Shown here one piece after another: positions 14,606 to 23,076 of a stretch of DNA of 64,000 nucleotides. The stretch comes from a virus. The position numbers and the translations under genes are program-made. The stretch lies in the IMG/VR virus record IMGVR_UViG_3300045988_159775. One strand, written 5' to 3'. The notes below the pieces were generated by a model, which saw nothing but the letters and a program-made list of their open reading frames with translations, searched no databases and was not told the origin of the DNA. Positions within the stretch are counted from its first letter, which is position 1. Every line of letters begins with the position of its first letter.

Positions 14606-14856
14606 GATTTTGCTTTTTGTTCTTCCTCAAACCAAATTCTTGCTTCTTTCCGGATTCTTGCCTCACGCTTCTCTTCCGTTTCTCCAAAAGCTAATATAAG
14701 TATGTACCCTATTATGGGGCTGAAGATCATACTCAATATAGTCCAACCTAAAAAATTCCTACCTCTTTGATCTGCTAAGAATCCGATTGGCCAGCAGACG
14801 GCAAAGTATATTGTTAAGAAACAAAATACCGTTAAAATAGTTTCTGATTGTGTCAT
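14602..14856 (-). CDS. small membrane protein
   Basis: 84 aa with two predicted TM helices (ILTVFCFLTIYFAVCWPIGFL, WTILSMIFSPIIGYILILAF) and a charged tail. Confidence 0.5.
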   Translation of the reverse strand: MTQSETILTVFCFLTIYFAVCWPIGFLADQRGRNFLGWTILSMIFSPIIGYILILAFGETEEKREARIRKEARIWFEEEQKAKS

Positions 14857-14877
14857 AATTTTCTCTCCTTATTTTGA

Positions 14878-15048
14878 TTAGTAAAATACGTAATTACAAA
14901 AGTCTGTTATCCAACTCATAACGCGTATGAACGGATATAAAGCGGCAAAGAATATAAGAACTAAACAAAACGTTTTCCAAATCTCCCGGTAAGGATGGCG
15001 GAGAACCTTGTTCCCAAACCGTCCATTGATTATTTCTAAAATCTTCAT
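14878..15048 (-). CDS. small membrane protein (56 aa, below the ORF-track cutoff)
   Basis: The ATG at 15048 opens MKILEIINGRFGNKVLRHPYREIWKTFCLVLIFFAALYPFIRVMSWITDFCNYVFY and fills the gap between flanking genes. Confidence 0.3.
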   Translation of the reverse strand: MKILEIINGRFGNKVLRHPYREIWKTFCLVLIFFAALYPFIRVMSWITDFCNYVFY

Positions 15049-15049
15049 A

Positions 15050-15490
15050 TTATTCTGCCTCTACTGATTCAAGAAAATATTCCGTTAACACATCTCCAAG
15101 TTCCTTAAAATCTTTAAGGACTCTGTATTTTTCTAAATCTTTCTCACTCCCGTATCCCAGTTCTTCAAGACACGTTTCATCGAGATATTCTGGATTGGGA
15201 GAAAAGAATTTTTCAGCAGCCGTCTTTATACGGTCAACGTATTCTTGAGGGAATTCTCTGTCTAATAAATTTATATTTCTCCTATTCAAGAAATATTGAA
15301 TATATTCCATGAGTATTTTTGCTACGTTTTCCCAAGACTTATCATACTTCAAATTTATTGGCCAACCTAAAGCCTTGCGAAATTGATTTGTTAACAAATC
15401 TACTGTTTCTTGATTAATATCTCTATTTCTATTAATGCTTGTAATACAAGTGATAATTTCTTGTTTTGTAAGATCTACTGTTGCTTTCAT
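15050..15490 (-). CDS. hypothetical protein
   Basis: 146-codon frame, first gene after promoter cassette copy 2; starts MKATV like the other cassette leaders. Confidence 0.55.
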   Translation of the reverse strand: MKATVDLTKQEIITCITSINRNRDINQETVDLLTNQFRKALGWPINLKYDKSWENVAKILMEYIQYFLNRRNINLLDREFPQEYVDRIKTAAEKFFSPNPEYLDETCLEELGYGSEKDLEKYRVLKDFKELGDVLTEYFLESVEAE

Positions 15491-15540
15491 AATTTTTCTG
15501 TATTCTATTAGTTTTACAATTTGTTTTTCGATTATGAGTA

Positions 15541-15571
15541 CAAAGGTAAGGGTTTTGAGAATATCTACAAA
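15541..15571 (-). promoter_or_regulatory. Bacteroidota-type promoter (cassette copy 2)
   Basis: Minus strand reads TTTG (15568-15571), a 19-nt spacer, then TACCTTTG (15541-15548); near-identical to copies 1 and 3. Confidence 0.6.
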
Positions 15572-15607
15572 ATAAAAGTCATAAAATCTTTGGGAAATTA
15601 TGACTTT
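15568..15607 (-). terminator. Rho-independent terminator abutting the promoter
   Basis: Perfect 10-bp stem AAAGTCATAA / TTATGACTTT (15575-15584, 15598-15607). Its trailing TATTTTG run overlaps the -33 TTTG box. Confidence 0.65.
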
Positions 15608-15644
15608 TAAACTTATTCCATATCTAATATGGGAATTATGCCAA

Positions 15645-17078
15645 TTAAATCGCTTCTATATCAGACTTCCATTCTGGAGTTTCAAGTAAATCCTTTAATT
15701 CCCGTCCGGTTATAACGGGATATGGATAAACTCTTTCTTGTTCTCCCTCTGAAACGGTACGATAGATCGGAGGATACCAGCGATCATATTCTTCAAGATG
15801 TACTACGGCTTCCGTCTGCGCTACGTTTGTAATACGAATTGACCAATTATCATCCTTTGAATAAAGTTCGTCCATAGGAATGACAATATATTTTTGATAA
15901 TCTGATAAATTATCGCTTGGCGTATATTCCGCAACGTCATCTGAGGTTAACGTCCTAACGGATTTTGAACCGGGGAATTGCTTTGCTATTTCCTCGTCCA
16001 TCTCTTCTTGAGTCATTACTCCTTTATAAAGGACTACTTTGTAGAATGCACAAGTAGTAGGCGCTGCACCGCTTTGTCCGCCCTCTTGATCGAAAAGATA
16101 AAAACCGTTCAAGTGTAAGAAATTGAACTTATAATCTTCCAATCCACTATTTGTAATGCTATAAACTAATTCAGCATCTGGTAGTACTACTTTTGGATCA
16201 GCGGTTCTTGTGGAATACAAATAACTATAACCTCTTACTCCCCTTACATAAATCGTATCTGGAAGAGGTGTAGCATATCTGAATAACCTCGCATACGTTT
16301 GTATATCTGCGCTCTCTCTAAAGAATGAACAAAGAAACGTAACAGAGACATTATTGTTATAAATAGGATGATAATCAGCCAATATTGTAAAATCTTCTCC
16401 AACTCCTATCGTATCGGCAAGGGAGATAGAAACGCGATCATCATAGCCGTCAAATACCAATGCTCCCTCGTAATTAGCAGGAAGTAACTTAATAGTTATT
16501 GGAACGTTTTCTTGTCCCTCTGCTAATTTAGCAAAAAATATGCCTATGGACAAACTTGTCTCACTTTCTTCAAAAATATGTTCATCGCTATAAGGATAAG
16601 ATTGTATTCCATTAGTCTCTGTCCTTGTAGTATAACGGTTGGCTGATCCGTCTCTCCATGAATATGTCGTTAAAACAGTACCCTCAATGAGTCCGCTCAC
16701 TTCAAAATTAAAACCAAGAACTTCTTTAGTTACTCTTTGAGTAGTACCACTGGGATTAATAGCTAATATCCAAGTAGATTCCGTTGGATTATTTACAGTA
16801 CGCGTTAAATTAGTATCAATAACTTCCAAAGAGGAAGTTGTATACGTCCATTCGCTTATGGAAGTCGAATACATCCCATATCCACTCGAACCAGCAAAAG
16901 CGAAATTTCTCAAATTAAGAATATGACCTTTCTCTCCAACCATTTGTTCTGGATTAGGGCTATCATTATTCTTAGTAGAAAAATCCCAAGCATCAAACAA
17001 CTTATACGTTTTACCCCCGCCACCGGAAGCGCGGTATGCAGGGGTAATATTTCCTAATTTTCCAAAACGTCCTAACAT
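15645..17078 (-). CDS. LamG/concanavalin-like domain protein (possible virion or host-binding protein)
   Basis: YEGALVFDGYDDRVSISLADTIGVGEDFTILADY matches the Laminin_G_3-type pattern (L.FDG.dd.v.....l....dfTi). Confidence 0.4.
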   Translation of the reverse strand: MLGRFGKLGNITPAYRASGGGGKTYKLFDAWDFSTKNNDSPNPEQMVGEKGHILNLRNFAFAGSSGYGMYSTSISEWTYTTSSLEVIDTNLTRTVNNPTESTWILAINPSGTTQRVTKEVLGFNFEVSGLIEGTVLTTYSWRDGSANRYTTRTETNGIQSYPYSDEHIFEESETSLSIGIFFAKLAEGQENVPITIKLLPANYEGALVFDGYDDRVSISLADTIGVGEDFTILADYHPIYNNNVSVTFLCSFFRESADIQTYARLFRYATPLPDTIYVRGVRGYSYLYSTRTADPKVVLPDAELVYSITNSGLEDYKFNFLHLNGFYLFDQEGGQSGAAPTTCAFYKVVLYKGVMTQEEMDEEIAKQFPGSKSVRTLTSDDVAEYTPSDNLSDYQKYIVIPMDELYSKDDNWSIRITNVAQTEAVVHLEEYDRWYPPIYRTVSEGEQERVYPYPVITGRELKDLLETPEWKSDIEAI

Positions 17079-17085
17079 AGCGCGT

Positions 17086-17349
17086 TTAGTACATTACGTT
17101 AATTTGACCACTTACAAGCTCCAGTTGACGTTCTAAGAAGAAATACTCAGTCTCTCCCTCCGATAGAAGTACGCCATCACCTGCGTCACCGTTTTGCTTG
17201 ATTCTTGCTTCTCCTCCTACAGCCTTAATTCTTACGAATTGAGGAATGGGGATGTCGGTTACTACTCCGGCTGCGGAAACGTCCAAACCTATGCCAATAC
17301 GTGATACCTGAACGGTACGTGAATTACAATCTACATACAAATTTTTCAT
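17086..17349 (-). CDS. hypothetical protein
   Basis: 87-codon frame, looks beta-rich; no motif recognised. Confidence 0.5.
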   Translation of the reverse strand: MKNLYVDCNSRTVQVSRIGIGLDVSAAGVVTDIPIPQFVRIKAVGGEARIKQNGDAGDGVLLSEGETEYFFLERQLELVSGQINVMY

Positions 17350-17362
17350 AATCTTACAAAAT

Positions 17363-18532
17363 TTAAATTAGTTCATATTTCTTTCTTATCTTATCCACTT
17401 CTTCTACGCTCAAAGCGGCTGACCATTGTAAGTCCTTTAGAATCTCTTGGGAAAGCGCTTGAGCTTCCTTTTTAGCTTTGGGAGTTAAGTAAAATTTTTC
17501 GTTATCTTTCATCAAGAAAGCAACACGCGGAAGAACCGTGTCAGCCGCTTCTACCATCTTTTCACGGAATACCGGATTAAACCATGAGCCGGAATCCTTT
17601 CTTTGGAAGTCTTTCAGGTTTGAAACTCCAATGTCCCACTTTTCCTCGTTCTTGGATTCTAAATCCCAATCACAACTTGCTACCTTTCCCCAATGGTCTG
17701 AGTATCGGTATACGTCACCCGTAGTTCGATCAACGAGATATTGAGAAGAACTCTTTGGACTTTTATGGAAATCATACCGTTTGTCGGCTTTCATCTTCTT
17801 CCAACGCTCACTCACTTCGCGGTATCCGTCCTCACGTTTCATTATTCCCTTGAACGTAGTTTCTGTTTCCAAGAAGTAATCGTCAACCGTTACTTCCGGC
17901 ATAATCTCTTTTGCTGTTCCGGTACGGGGTATCCGCTTACGGACTTCATCGAACATTCGCCGGGCTTCTTCAAAGGACTTTTGTACGTGCTCTACGTCAT
18001 ACTCTTTCTTTCCCGTCTTACTTTCTCTTTTCTGACGGGAATCTTCTTTGGCTGCGGCATCTATTTCCTTTATTTCATCCTCCAAATCACGTTGTTCTTC
18101 CCGTAGACGTTTCAAGAACTCATTACGTTCCGTCTCTCCCAACCAAGCTCTCTGAAAGAAAAAGTTATATTGTACCGTCCCTTTAGGGAATTTATTATCT
18201 AAGGATTTTTCAAACTCTCGTTGTACATTTTCCCAAGAATTCTTAATGTCTTCTTGACGGGCGCGGATTTGTTTCTTTACTCCTGATCCGGCTACTTGCT
18301 TTTCTTTGCCGTTCGTTACCTTTACCCAGCGTCCAACATCTACTTTCTTGTACTCTACGCCGCCCCACGTTCGAATTTCTCCGATAGCGGCGGCTGCTTT
18401 CTCAAAGTCATCCGTTTCGAAAGACTTGAGTATGCGGTTGCGAATCTCTTCGCGGTGTTTTAATATATCATACATAACAAAATAGGAAGTTACGAATTCA
18501 AAATTTACGTAACTTCCTATAATTGATTTCAA
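17363..18532 (-). CDS. hypothetical protein
   Basis: 389-codon frame with a charged coiled-coil-like middle and a C-terminal YRYSDHWGKVASCDWDLE segment; family not recognised. Confidence 0.55.
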   Translation of the reverse strand: MKSIIGSYVNFEFVTSYFVMYDILKHREEIRNRILKSFETDDFEKAAAAIGEIRTWGGVEYKKVDVGRWVKVTNGKEKQVAGSGVKKQIRARQEDIKNSWENVQREFEKSLDNKFPKGTVQYNFFFQRAWLGETERNEFLKRLREEQRDLEDEIKEIDAAAKEDSRQKRESKTGKKEYDVEHVQKSFEEARRMFDEVRKRIPRTGTAKEIMPEVTVDDYFLETETTFKGIMKREDGYREVSERWKKMKADKRYDFHKSPKSSSQYLVDRTTGDVYRYSDHWGKVASCDWDLESKNEEKWDIGVSNLKDFQRKDSGSWFNPVFREKMVEAADTVLPRVAFLMKDNEKFYLTPKAKKEAQALSQEILKDLQWSAALSVEEVDKIRKKYELI

Positions 18533-18780
18533 TGGGGTAATTCCAAAGTACTCTTCACTCGTTTCTTGCGCGGTACGGTATCCGTTCGTACTGAAGTGAG
18601 ACGGTATTCATACGTCCGGTATATTACGGAGGTATCCGTTTGCGCTACTTCTCTTTTGTATTGCTTCGCTGGAGGAATGTTAGGTTTCTCCAAGGCTAAA
18701 AGCACTGCGGCTGCTATTACCGCCACTATGATATACAAAAGTAGAAAACTGTCTTGGCGATCTTTTTTACAATTCTTCAT
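18529..18780 (-). CDS. small membrane-anchored protein
   Basis: 83 aa with a single TM helix (FLLLYIIVAVIAAAVLLAL); ATGA-type overlap with the downstream gene. Confidence 0.45.
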   Translation of the reverse strand: MKNCKKDRQDSFLLLYIIVAVIAAAVLLALEKPNIPPAKQYKREVAQTDTSVIYRTYEYRLTSVRTDTVPRKKRVKSTLELPH

Positions 18781-18949
18781 ATTCTACTTCTTCTGCTCTT
18801 TCGCGTATTCCCTTCAGTCTCTCCTTTTCTTTCTTGGTTCTAAATTTCTTACCAAGAATCTTTATTTCTATTTCACCCTCTTTTCTCTCCCTATCGTCAA
18901 AGAGATCGTAAAAATCAAACACGAAATGCTCAAATTCTGTATTAAACAT
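18767..18949 (-). CDS. hypothetical protein
   Basis: 60-codon charged frame filling the gap between its neighbours. Confidence 0.35.
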   Translation of the reverse strand: MFNTEFEHFVFDFYDLFDDRERKEGEIEIKILGKKFRTKKEKERLKGIRERAEEVEYEEL

Positions 18950-18951
18950 CG

Positions 18952-19329
18952 TTATATAGTGTATTTTGGTAATTTATCAAATTCTCTATTTATCATAATG
19001 GATATACTATCCAAATTGTCTTGAGCTACTTCCCGATCTACGTATAGTTTTGAGCATAATACGCTGTGAATCTTTTCTCCAGAATTTTCAAATCTGAGAT
19101 AAAAGAAGTATCCCAAAATTTCGTCTATCGTACCGTCTATCAATTTCTCCAATTTGTCTTCTTCTCCTATTGCACGAAGAATCGAAAAGGCGGTATTCTT
19201 GTCCATATGAGAAGTAAAAGAAGTATCCCAAAAATTCGTAATCACAATATTACGATCTATGGCGATAACTGGAGAGATATATTTTAAATCCCTCAAATCC
19301 CATATCCGGTCGTTTATTACTACGTACAT
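18952..19329 (-). CDS. hypothetical protein
   Basis: 125-codon frame; no motif recognised. Confidence 0.5.
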   Translation of the reverse strand: MYVVINDRIWDLRDLKYISPVIAIDRNIVITNFWDTSFTSHMDKNTAFSILRAIGEEDKLEKLIDGTIDEILGYFFYLRFENSGEKIHSVLCSKLYVDREVAQDNLDSISIMINREFDKLPKYTI

Positions 19330-19399
19330 ATTTTTGGCTCTTTTGAGAAATACATTTTGAGAATTTTCTCTGTTTGTTCCTTATTACAATCAATTACAC

Positions 19400-19699
19400 T
19401 CATACTTCTTTTACAATTTCTTTTATCTTGAGTAACTTTGTACGATTAAAGGGAACGCGGTATTTTTGCCGTAGGAAGTCTTGGACGCTTAAATAATATT
19501 CTTCTTCCTCCAAACTATATATCTTTTCATTTAGGTCAGGAGAATAGGCATTATCACGCATATCCCAAACTGCTGGAATAAGAAAATGAAAAACTCCCGA
19601 TATGAATTTGCCGTTTCTTCGTAGCCTTACTACAGCGGTCAAAATATATATCGGGGTTTTCTCTATCTCTCTGAATTCGTACAAAAGGGCTACTTTCAT
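19400..19699 (-). CDS. hypothetical protein
   Basis: 99-codon frame with an ATGA-type overlap to the upstream gene. Confidence 0.5.
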   Translation of the reverse strand: MKVALLYEFREIEKTPIYILTAVVRLRRNGKFISGVFHFLIPAVWDMRDNAYSPDLNEKIYSLEEEEYYLSVQDFLRQKYRVPFNRTKLLKIKEIVKEV

Positions 19700-20811
19700 T
19701 TTACAAGCCCCTCCGGCAAATAGTTTATTCCGTAACGGGCAAACAGCGCTTGTACGCTTTCTATATTACAACTTTTACGGCTTTCACCGTTCTCAAAGAA
19801 TTTCATATCTGAGGTTAGTCGGTAGCCTTTCATGATCAGTTTGAATGCTTCCTTTTGAGCGTCTGATATCTTCTTTGCTACGATAGAACGCTTGTTAGGA
19901 AGAGCAATCCATTCGTCAATTGTAAGCAGTTTCTGATTAGGTTCATCGCTCGTCTTAGTTTCGGTATTCTTAACCGGAGATTTGACCGTAGAAGCCTTGG
20001 AAGCCGCCTTTTTAGCAGGCTTCCCTTTCTTCGTAGACTCTTCCCCGGCTTTAGCTTTCGCACCGGGACGTTGTTTAAGTTCTGGACGTGTACGCCAATC
20101 GAATTTACCGGGGGCGTATTCAGTCCATACCCATTTACCATTCTTATGGAGATCGCCTACTTTCTTTGTTTCCTTAGCGGCAAACGTCTCTTTCTTGGCG
20201 GGTTTTTCTGTTTTCTTCTCTTGCTTAGTTTCTTTCTTTTCGGACTTCTCAACTTTTTGTTCTAAAGCCTTTATGCCCTCTTCAGTAATATACCCGTCAA
20301 AATAGTATCCATCTTCTTCGCTAAGAGTTTTAACCATGCCCTTCAAAGACAAACTACCGATAGTAGCAGCAACGCTCTTAGCGCTCTTCTTCATTTCCGC
20401 TGAAACGTTCTCTAAAATATATTCAATTCCGCTATCGCCAGTTTCTTTTGCGCTCTTATATAATGCCTCAAGAACAGCGCGTTCGTTATCAGTCAAGCGA
20501 ACTTCCTTTGCTTTTTCCTTTTCCAATTTAGCGATACCCTGAGCGGCGCGAAGAGCAGTCATACGATCAAAGACAATACCCTTTATAGTTTCATTAGTTA
20601 CTTCTTTATCGCAAAAGATTTTCTCAAGAACTTCTACGTTATCCCAATTATCAAGGACTGACGTTGCGAGTGCGCGGTTCTCTTTTGCTTCCGGACGTTT
20701 CTTGCTGGAGATGCTTGAAAGTTTTACGTTCTTAAACTCGTTCAATGTTACAATACTCTGGTTAACTACTTCATTAGCTACGTTTGCGATTGGATTTTCG
20801 ATAGTTTTCAT
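19696..20811 (-). CDS. hypothetical Lys-rich protein, possible winged-helix domain
   Basis: 371 aa, first gene after promoter cassette copy 5. VAATIGSLSLKGMVKTLSEEDGYYF is wHTH-like, followed by a long Lys/Glu/Ala-rich linker. Confidence 0.55.
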   Translation of the reverse strand: MKTIENPIANVANEVVNQSIVTLNEFKNVKLSSISSKKRPEAKENRALATSVLDNWDNVEVLEKIFCDKEVTNETIKGIVFDRMTALRAAQGIAKLEKEKAKEVRLTDNERAVLEALYKSAKETGDSGIEYILENVSAEMKKSAKSVAATIGSLSLKGMVKTLSEEDGYYFDGYITEEGIKALEQKVEKSEKKETKQEKKTEKPAKKETFAAKETKKVGDLHKNGKWVWTEYAPGKFDWRTRPELKQRPGAKAKAGEESTKKGKPAKKAASKASTVKSPVKNTETKTSDEPNQKLLTIDEWIALPNKRSIVAKKISDAQKEAFKLIMKGYRLTSDMKFFENGESRKSCNIESVQALFARYGINYLPEGLVK

Positions 20812-20875
20812 AATTCTGTATTTTTAAGTTGTTATATTTCCTAACTTTGTTATGTGTTCCTTTCTAAGAACAGTA

Positions 20876-20906
20876 CAAAGATAAGGACAATTATTGAGTC
20901 TACAAA
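20876..20906 (-). promoter_or_regulatory. Bacteroidota-type promoter (cassette copy 5, diverged)
   Basis: Minus strand reads TTTG (20903-20906), a 19-nt spacer, then TATCTTTG (20876-20883). Confidence 0.55.
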
Positions 20907-20975
20907 ATTCTTAACAAGAAATTTTTGTTTTTACCAAAGAATTTAACTTTTGTTTATAAATATTGGGCAAATCAA

Positions 20976-21010
20976 CAATAAAAAAGTCCGATCTTCACAG
21001 ACCAGACTTT
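20976..21010 (-). terminator. Rho-independent terminator candidate
   Basis: Stem AAAGTCyG / CrGACTTT (20983-20990, 21003-21010), followed on the minus strand by TTTTATTGTTG. Confidence 0.5.
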
Positions 21011-21151
21011 ACCCATGTCACAGTTTACCATTCGACTATTTGACTTATCAATTAAAAAAGTAATCCGGGACGCTTCCCAGAAGTCGCAACACGTAAATAA
21101 ACAACTTAGTTCTTCAAACTAAAAAGAAGTTATGGAGTATCTAATAACTGG

Positions 21152-21688
21152 TTATAAAATTTCTTCAAGTACGTATCTAACGTAACGTTGTTCAACTTCC
21201 CTCATTGCCTCTTCATCACCGCGTTCAATCTTCGATAGATACTCAAAAGTTTTTCTCAAAGGTATTCTTGCTATTTTCATCATATCTTCATACTCACGCG
21301 GAATGCGCTTTGTATTGAGTATTTCCGCTTTGTAGTTTATTCCGGCTATATCGGTCCGAATGAATACCGGATTTTGTAAACAAAATGGGTTGCTGGTATA
21401 AAGTTCAATTGCTATTAAAGCCGTCCGCGTTCCTTTCGTCTCTTCGTCTATCTTTATTACATACCCGTTGCGGATAATTCTATCATCATTCATCCAAATT
21501 ATTTCCCTTACCCGTGCTTCCAATTCTTCGTCTGATAGACTGCTTGCTCTACGACTTTTTGTAATACGGTTAAGACGGAAAGAATCTACGAACTTTTGAC
21601 GCGTTACGCCAAAATGTAAAATACATAGAGTCATTGTAATGATAAATACAACTGCTACAAGGGCAATAAAAATATCTTCAAAATTCAT
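21152..21688 (-). CDS. hypothetical membrane-anchored protein
   Basis: 178 aa with an N-terminal TM helix (IFIALVAVVFIITMTLCILHF). It sits directly downstream of the sigma gene, so an anti-sigma role is a positional guess only. Confidence 0.5.
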   Translation of the reverse strand: MNFEDIFIALVAVVFIITMTLCILHFGVTRQKFVDSFRLNRITKSRRASSLSDEELEARVREIIWMNDDRIIRNGYVIKIDEETKGTRTALIAIELYTSNPFCLQNPVFIRTDIAGINYKAEILNTKRIPREYEDMMKIARIPLRKTFEYLSKIERGDEEAMREVEQRYVRYVLEEIL

Positions 21689-21697
21689 AATACTATT

Positions 21698-22199
21698 TTA
21701 ATCGGTTAAAACTTTTGTTAATTTCTTTCTGGCGTGAAAGATACGACTTTTCAGCGTACCCATTTCTATCCCCATAATATTTGCTATTTCATCATACCTA
21801 TATCCGCAAATCAAATAGTTGATTGGTACGCGGTATATTTCCGGTAGAGCAGCAATAGCACTTCGAACGTCCAGCGATCGCGAATAATCATCCGTGTCTT
21901 CTGTTAAGAGGTCTAAACGCTCAAACATGCTTCTTTCTTCCTCATCCACGTTATCTCTCAAAAAAACTTTTGTTGCTGTATCTCTTATGAAGATTTATAA
22001 AAGAGTTCTTCAAAATCGTATATCCCCAAGCCTTGAGATTCGTTCCGTCTTCAAATTTATCCTTGTTAGAAAGCATACGGAGTATAACGTCACTTGCGAG
22101 GTCACGTGCCATCTCTACGTCTCCGGATAGAAGAACCTTAGCGCGAAGTAATAACGGCTCATACAAGGCAGATATTCGATCATCCAACGTGTCTTTCAT
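21698..22199 (-). CDS. ECF-type sigma-70 factor split into two frames at a T7 run
   Basis: 21951..22199 carries region-2-like sequence (DLASDVILRMLSNKDKFEDGTNLKAWGYTILKNSFINLHKR). 21698..21961 carries the region-4 HTH (LPEIYRVPINYLICGYRYDEIANIMGIEMGTLKSRIFHARKKL). The frames switch at AGTTTTTTTGAG (A-run 21960-21966 on plus). Confidence 0.6.
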
Positions 22200-22224
22200 T
22201 CTGACTCTCTCTTAATCTCTTTAT

Positions 22225-22380
22225 TCAACATCTTTGTATTTCAATATTTTGTTCTCTATCTTCTTTTGAAGAGTTTAAACAAGAGTATACAGAAAAGGCT
22301 ATGAAAACGTAAACTGCTACAAAGATTAATACGGCAACGACTCCCTTAATAGCATATTCCGTCAAAATCTCATCTTTCAT
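22225..22380 (-). CDS. small membrane protein (51 aa, below the ORF-track cutoff)
   Basis: The ATG at 22380 opens MKDEILTEYAIKGVVAVLIFVAVYVFIAFSVYSCLNSSKEDREQNIEIQRC. Confidence 0.3.
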   Translation of the reverse strand: MKDEILTEYAIKGVVAVLIFVAVYVFIAFSVYSCLNSSKEDREQNIEIQRC

Positions 22381-22392
22381 AAAAACGTTCGC

Positions 22393-22653
22393 TTATATAT
22401 CCAATTCCTTTTCTTCTTGTAAGTTTTTCTCAGTTGGATGAAAAATTCTTTGTACAAACTCCTCAATATCCTTATCCGGTTTTGATCGATCATTGCTTGC
22501 ATAAAGAGCGTCTCTGAAATCCTCCTCTGTTACTCCTTTTTGCTTAAAATTTTCCCTTATTTCTGAATGTTTGGAAACTCTATAAAATCTTCTTGAAACA
22601 TATTCCCTTTCTCCTTTCTTAAATTCCCTATTATAAACCTTGTAGATCGAATA
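22393..22653 (-). other. 86-codon stop-free frame lacking any ATG/GTG start
   Basis: Reads YSIYKVYNREFKKGEREYVSRRFYRVSKHSEIRENFKQKGVTEEDFRDALYASNDRSKPDKDIEEFVQRIFHPTEKNLQEEKELDI. Its 5' end overlaps the 3' end of 22631..22801 in the +1 frame. Confidence 0.3.
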
Positions 22654-22801
22654 TTATTTGTAAAAACAAAGAAGTCGCCAAAGACCAAAATAGCCATTCT
22701 GATAAGAAATTCTCAGGACGTACTAACTTATCCCAATGCAAACCTCCTTTTACTTCTCCAAAGCAATAGACCGTTACCGCGCAAATAAATATTCCAATCA
22801 T
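22631..22801 (-). CDS. small hydrophobic protein (56 aa), possibly the N-terminal part of a frameshifted gene
   Basis: The ATG at 22801 opens MIGIFICAVTVYCFGEVKGGLHWDKLVRPENFLSEWLFWSLATSLFLQIIFDLQGL. Confidence 0.3.
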   Translation of the reverse strand: MIGIFICAVTVYCFGEVKGGLHWDKLVRPENFLSEWLFWSLATSLFLQIIFDLQGL

Positions 22802-22806
22802 AGTCT

Positions 22807-23067
22807 TTAAGGTTTATCCCAACTTACTCTCTCCGGTGCATACCGGAACGCGTATTGTACTTGCTTAAAGGAATGACGTCTTTTTATGTCGTCCTTGAGC
22901 GACTGGAATGCTAACGGAGAAATACGTACCGTTGCCTCATTGACAATCTTTATAGAACGCTTAGAGATATAATACCGCCAAAAGTATTCCTTTTCTTCTA
23001 CCCAAAACGAAACGTACAAAAGAACGCTTGACGGATTTTCTTCCAAAACTTTTGCTACAATATTCAT
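22807..23067 (-). CDS. hypothetical protein
   Basis: 86-codon frame; no motif recognised. Confidence 0.5.
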   Translation of the reverse strand: MNIVAKVLEENPSSVLLYVSFWVEEKEYFWRYYISKRSIKIVNEATVRISPLAFQSLKDDIKRRHSFKQVQYAFRYAPERVSWDKP

Positions 23068-23076
23068 AACTACCTC

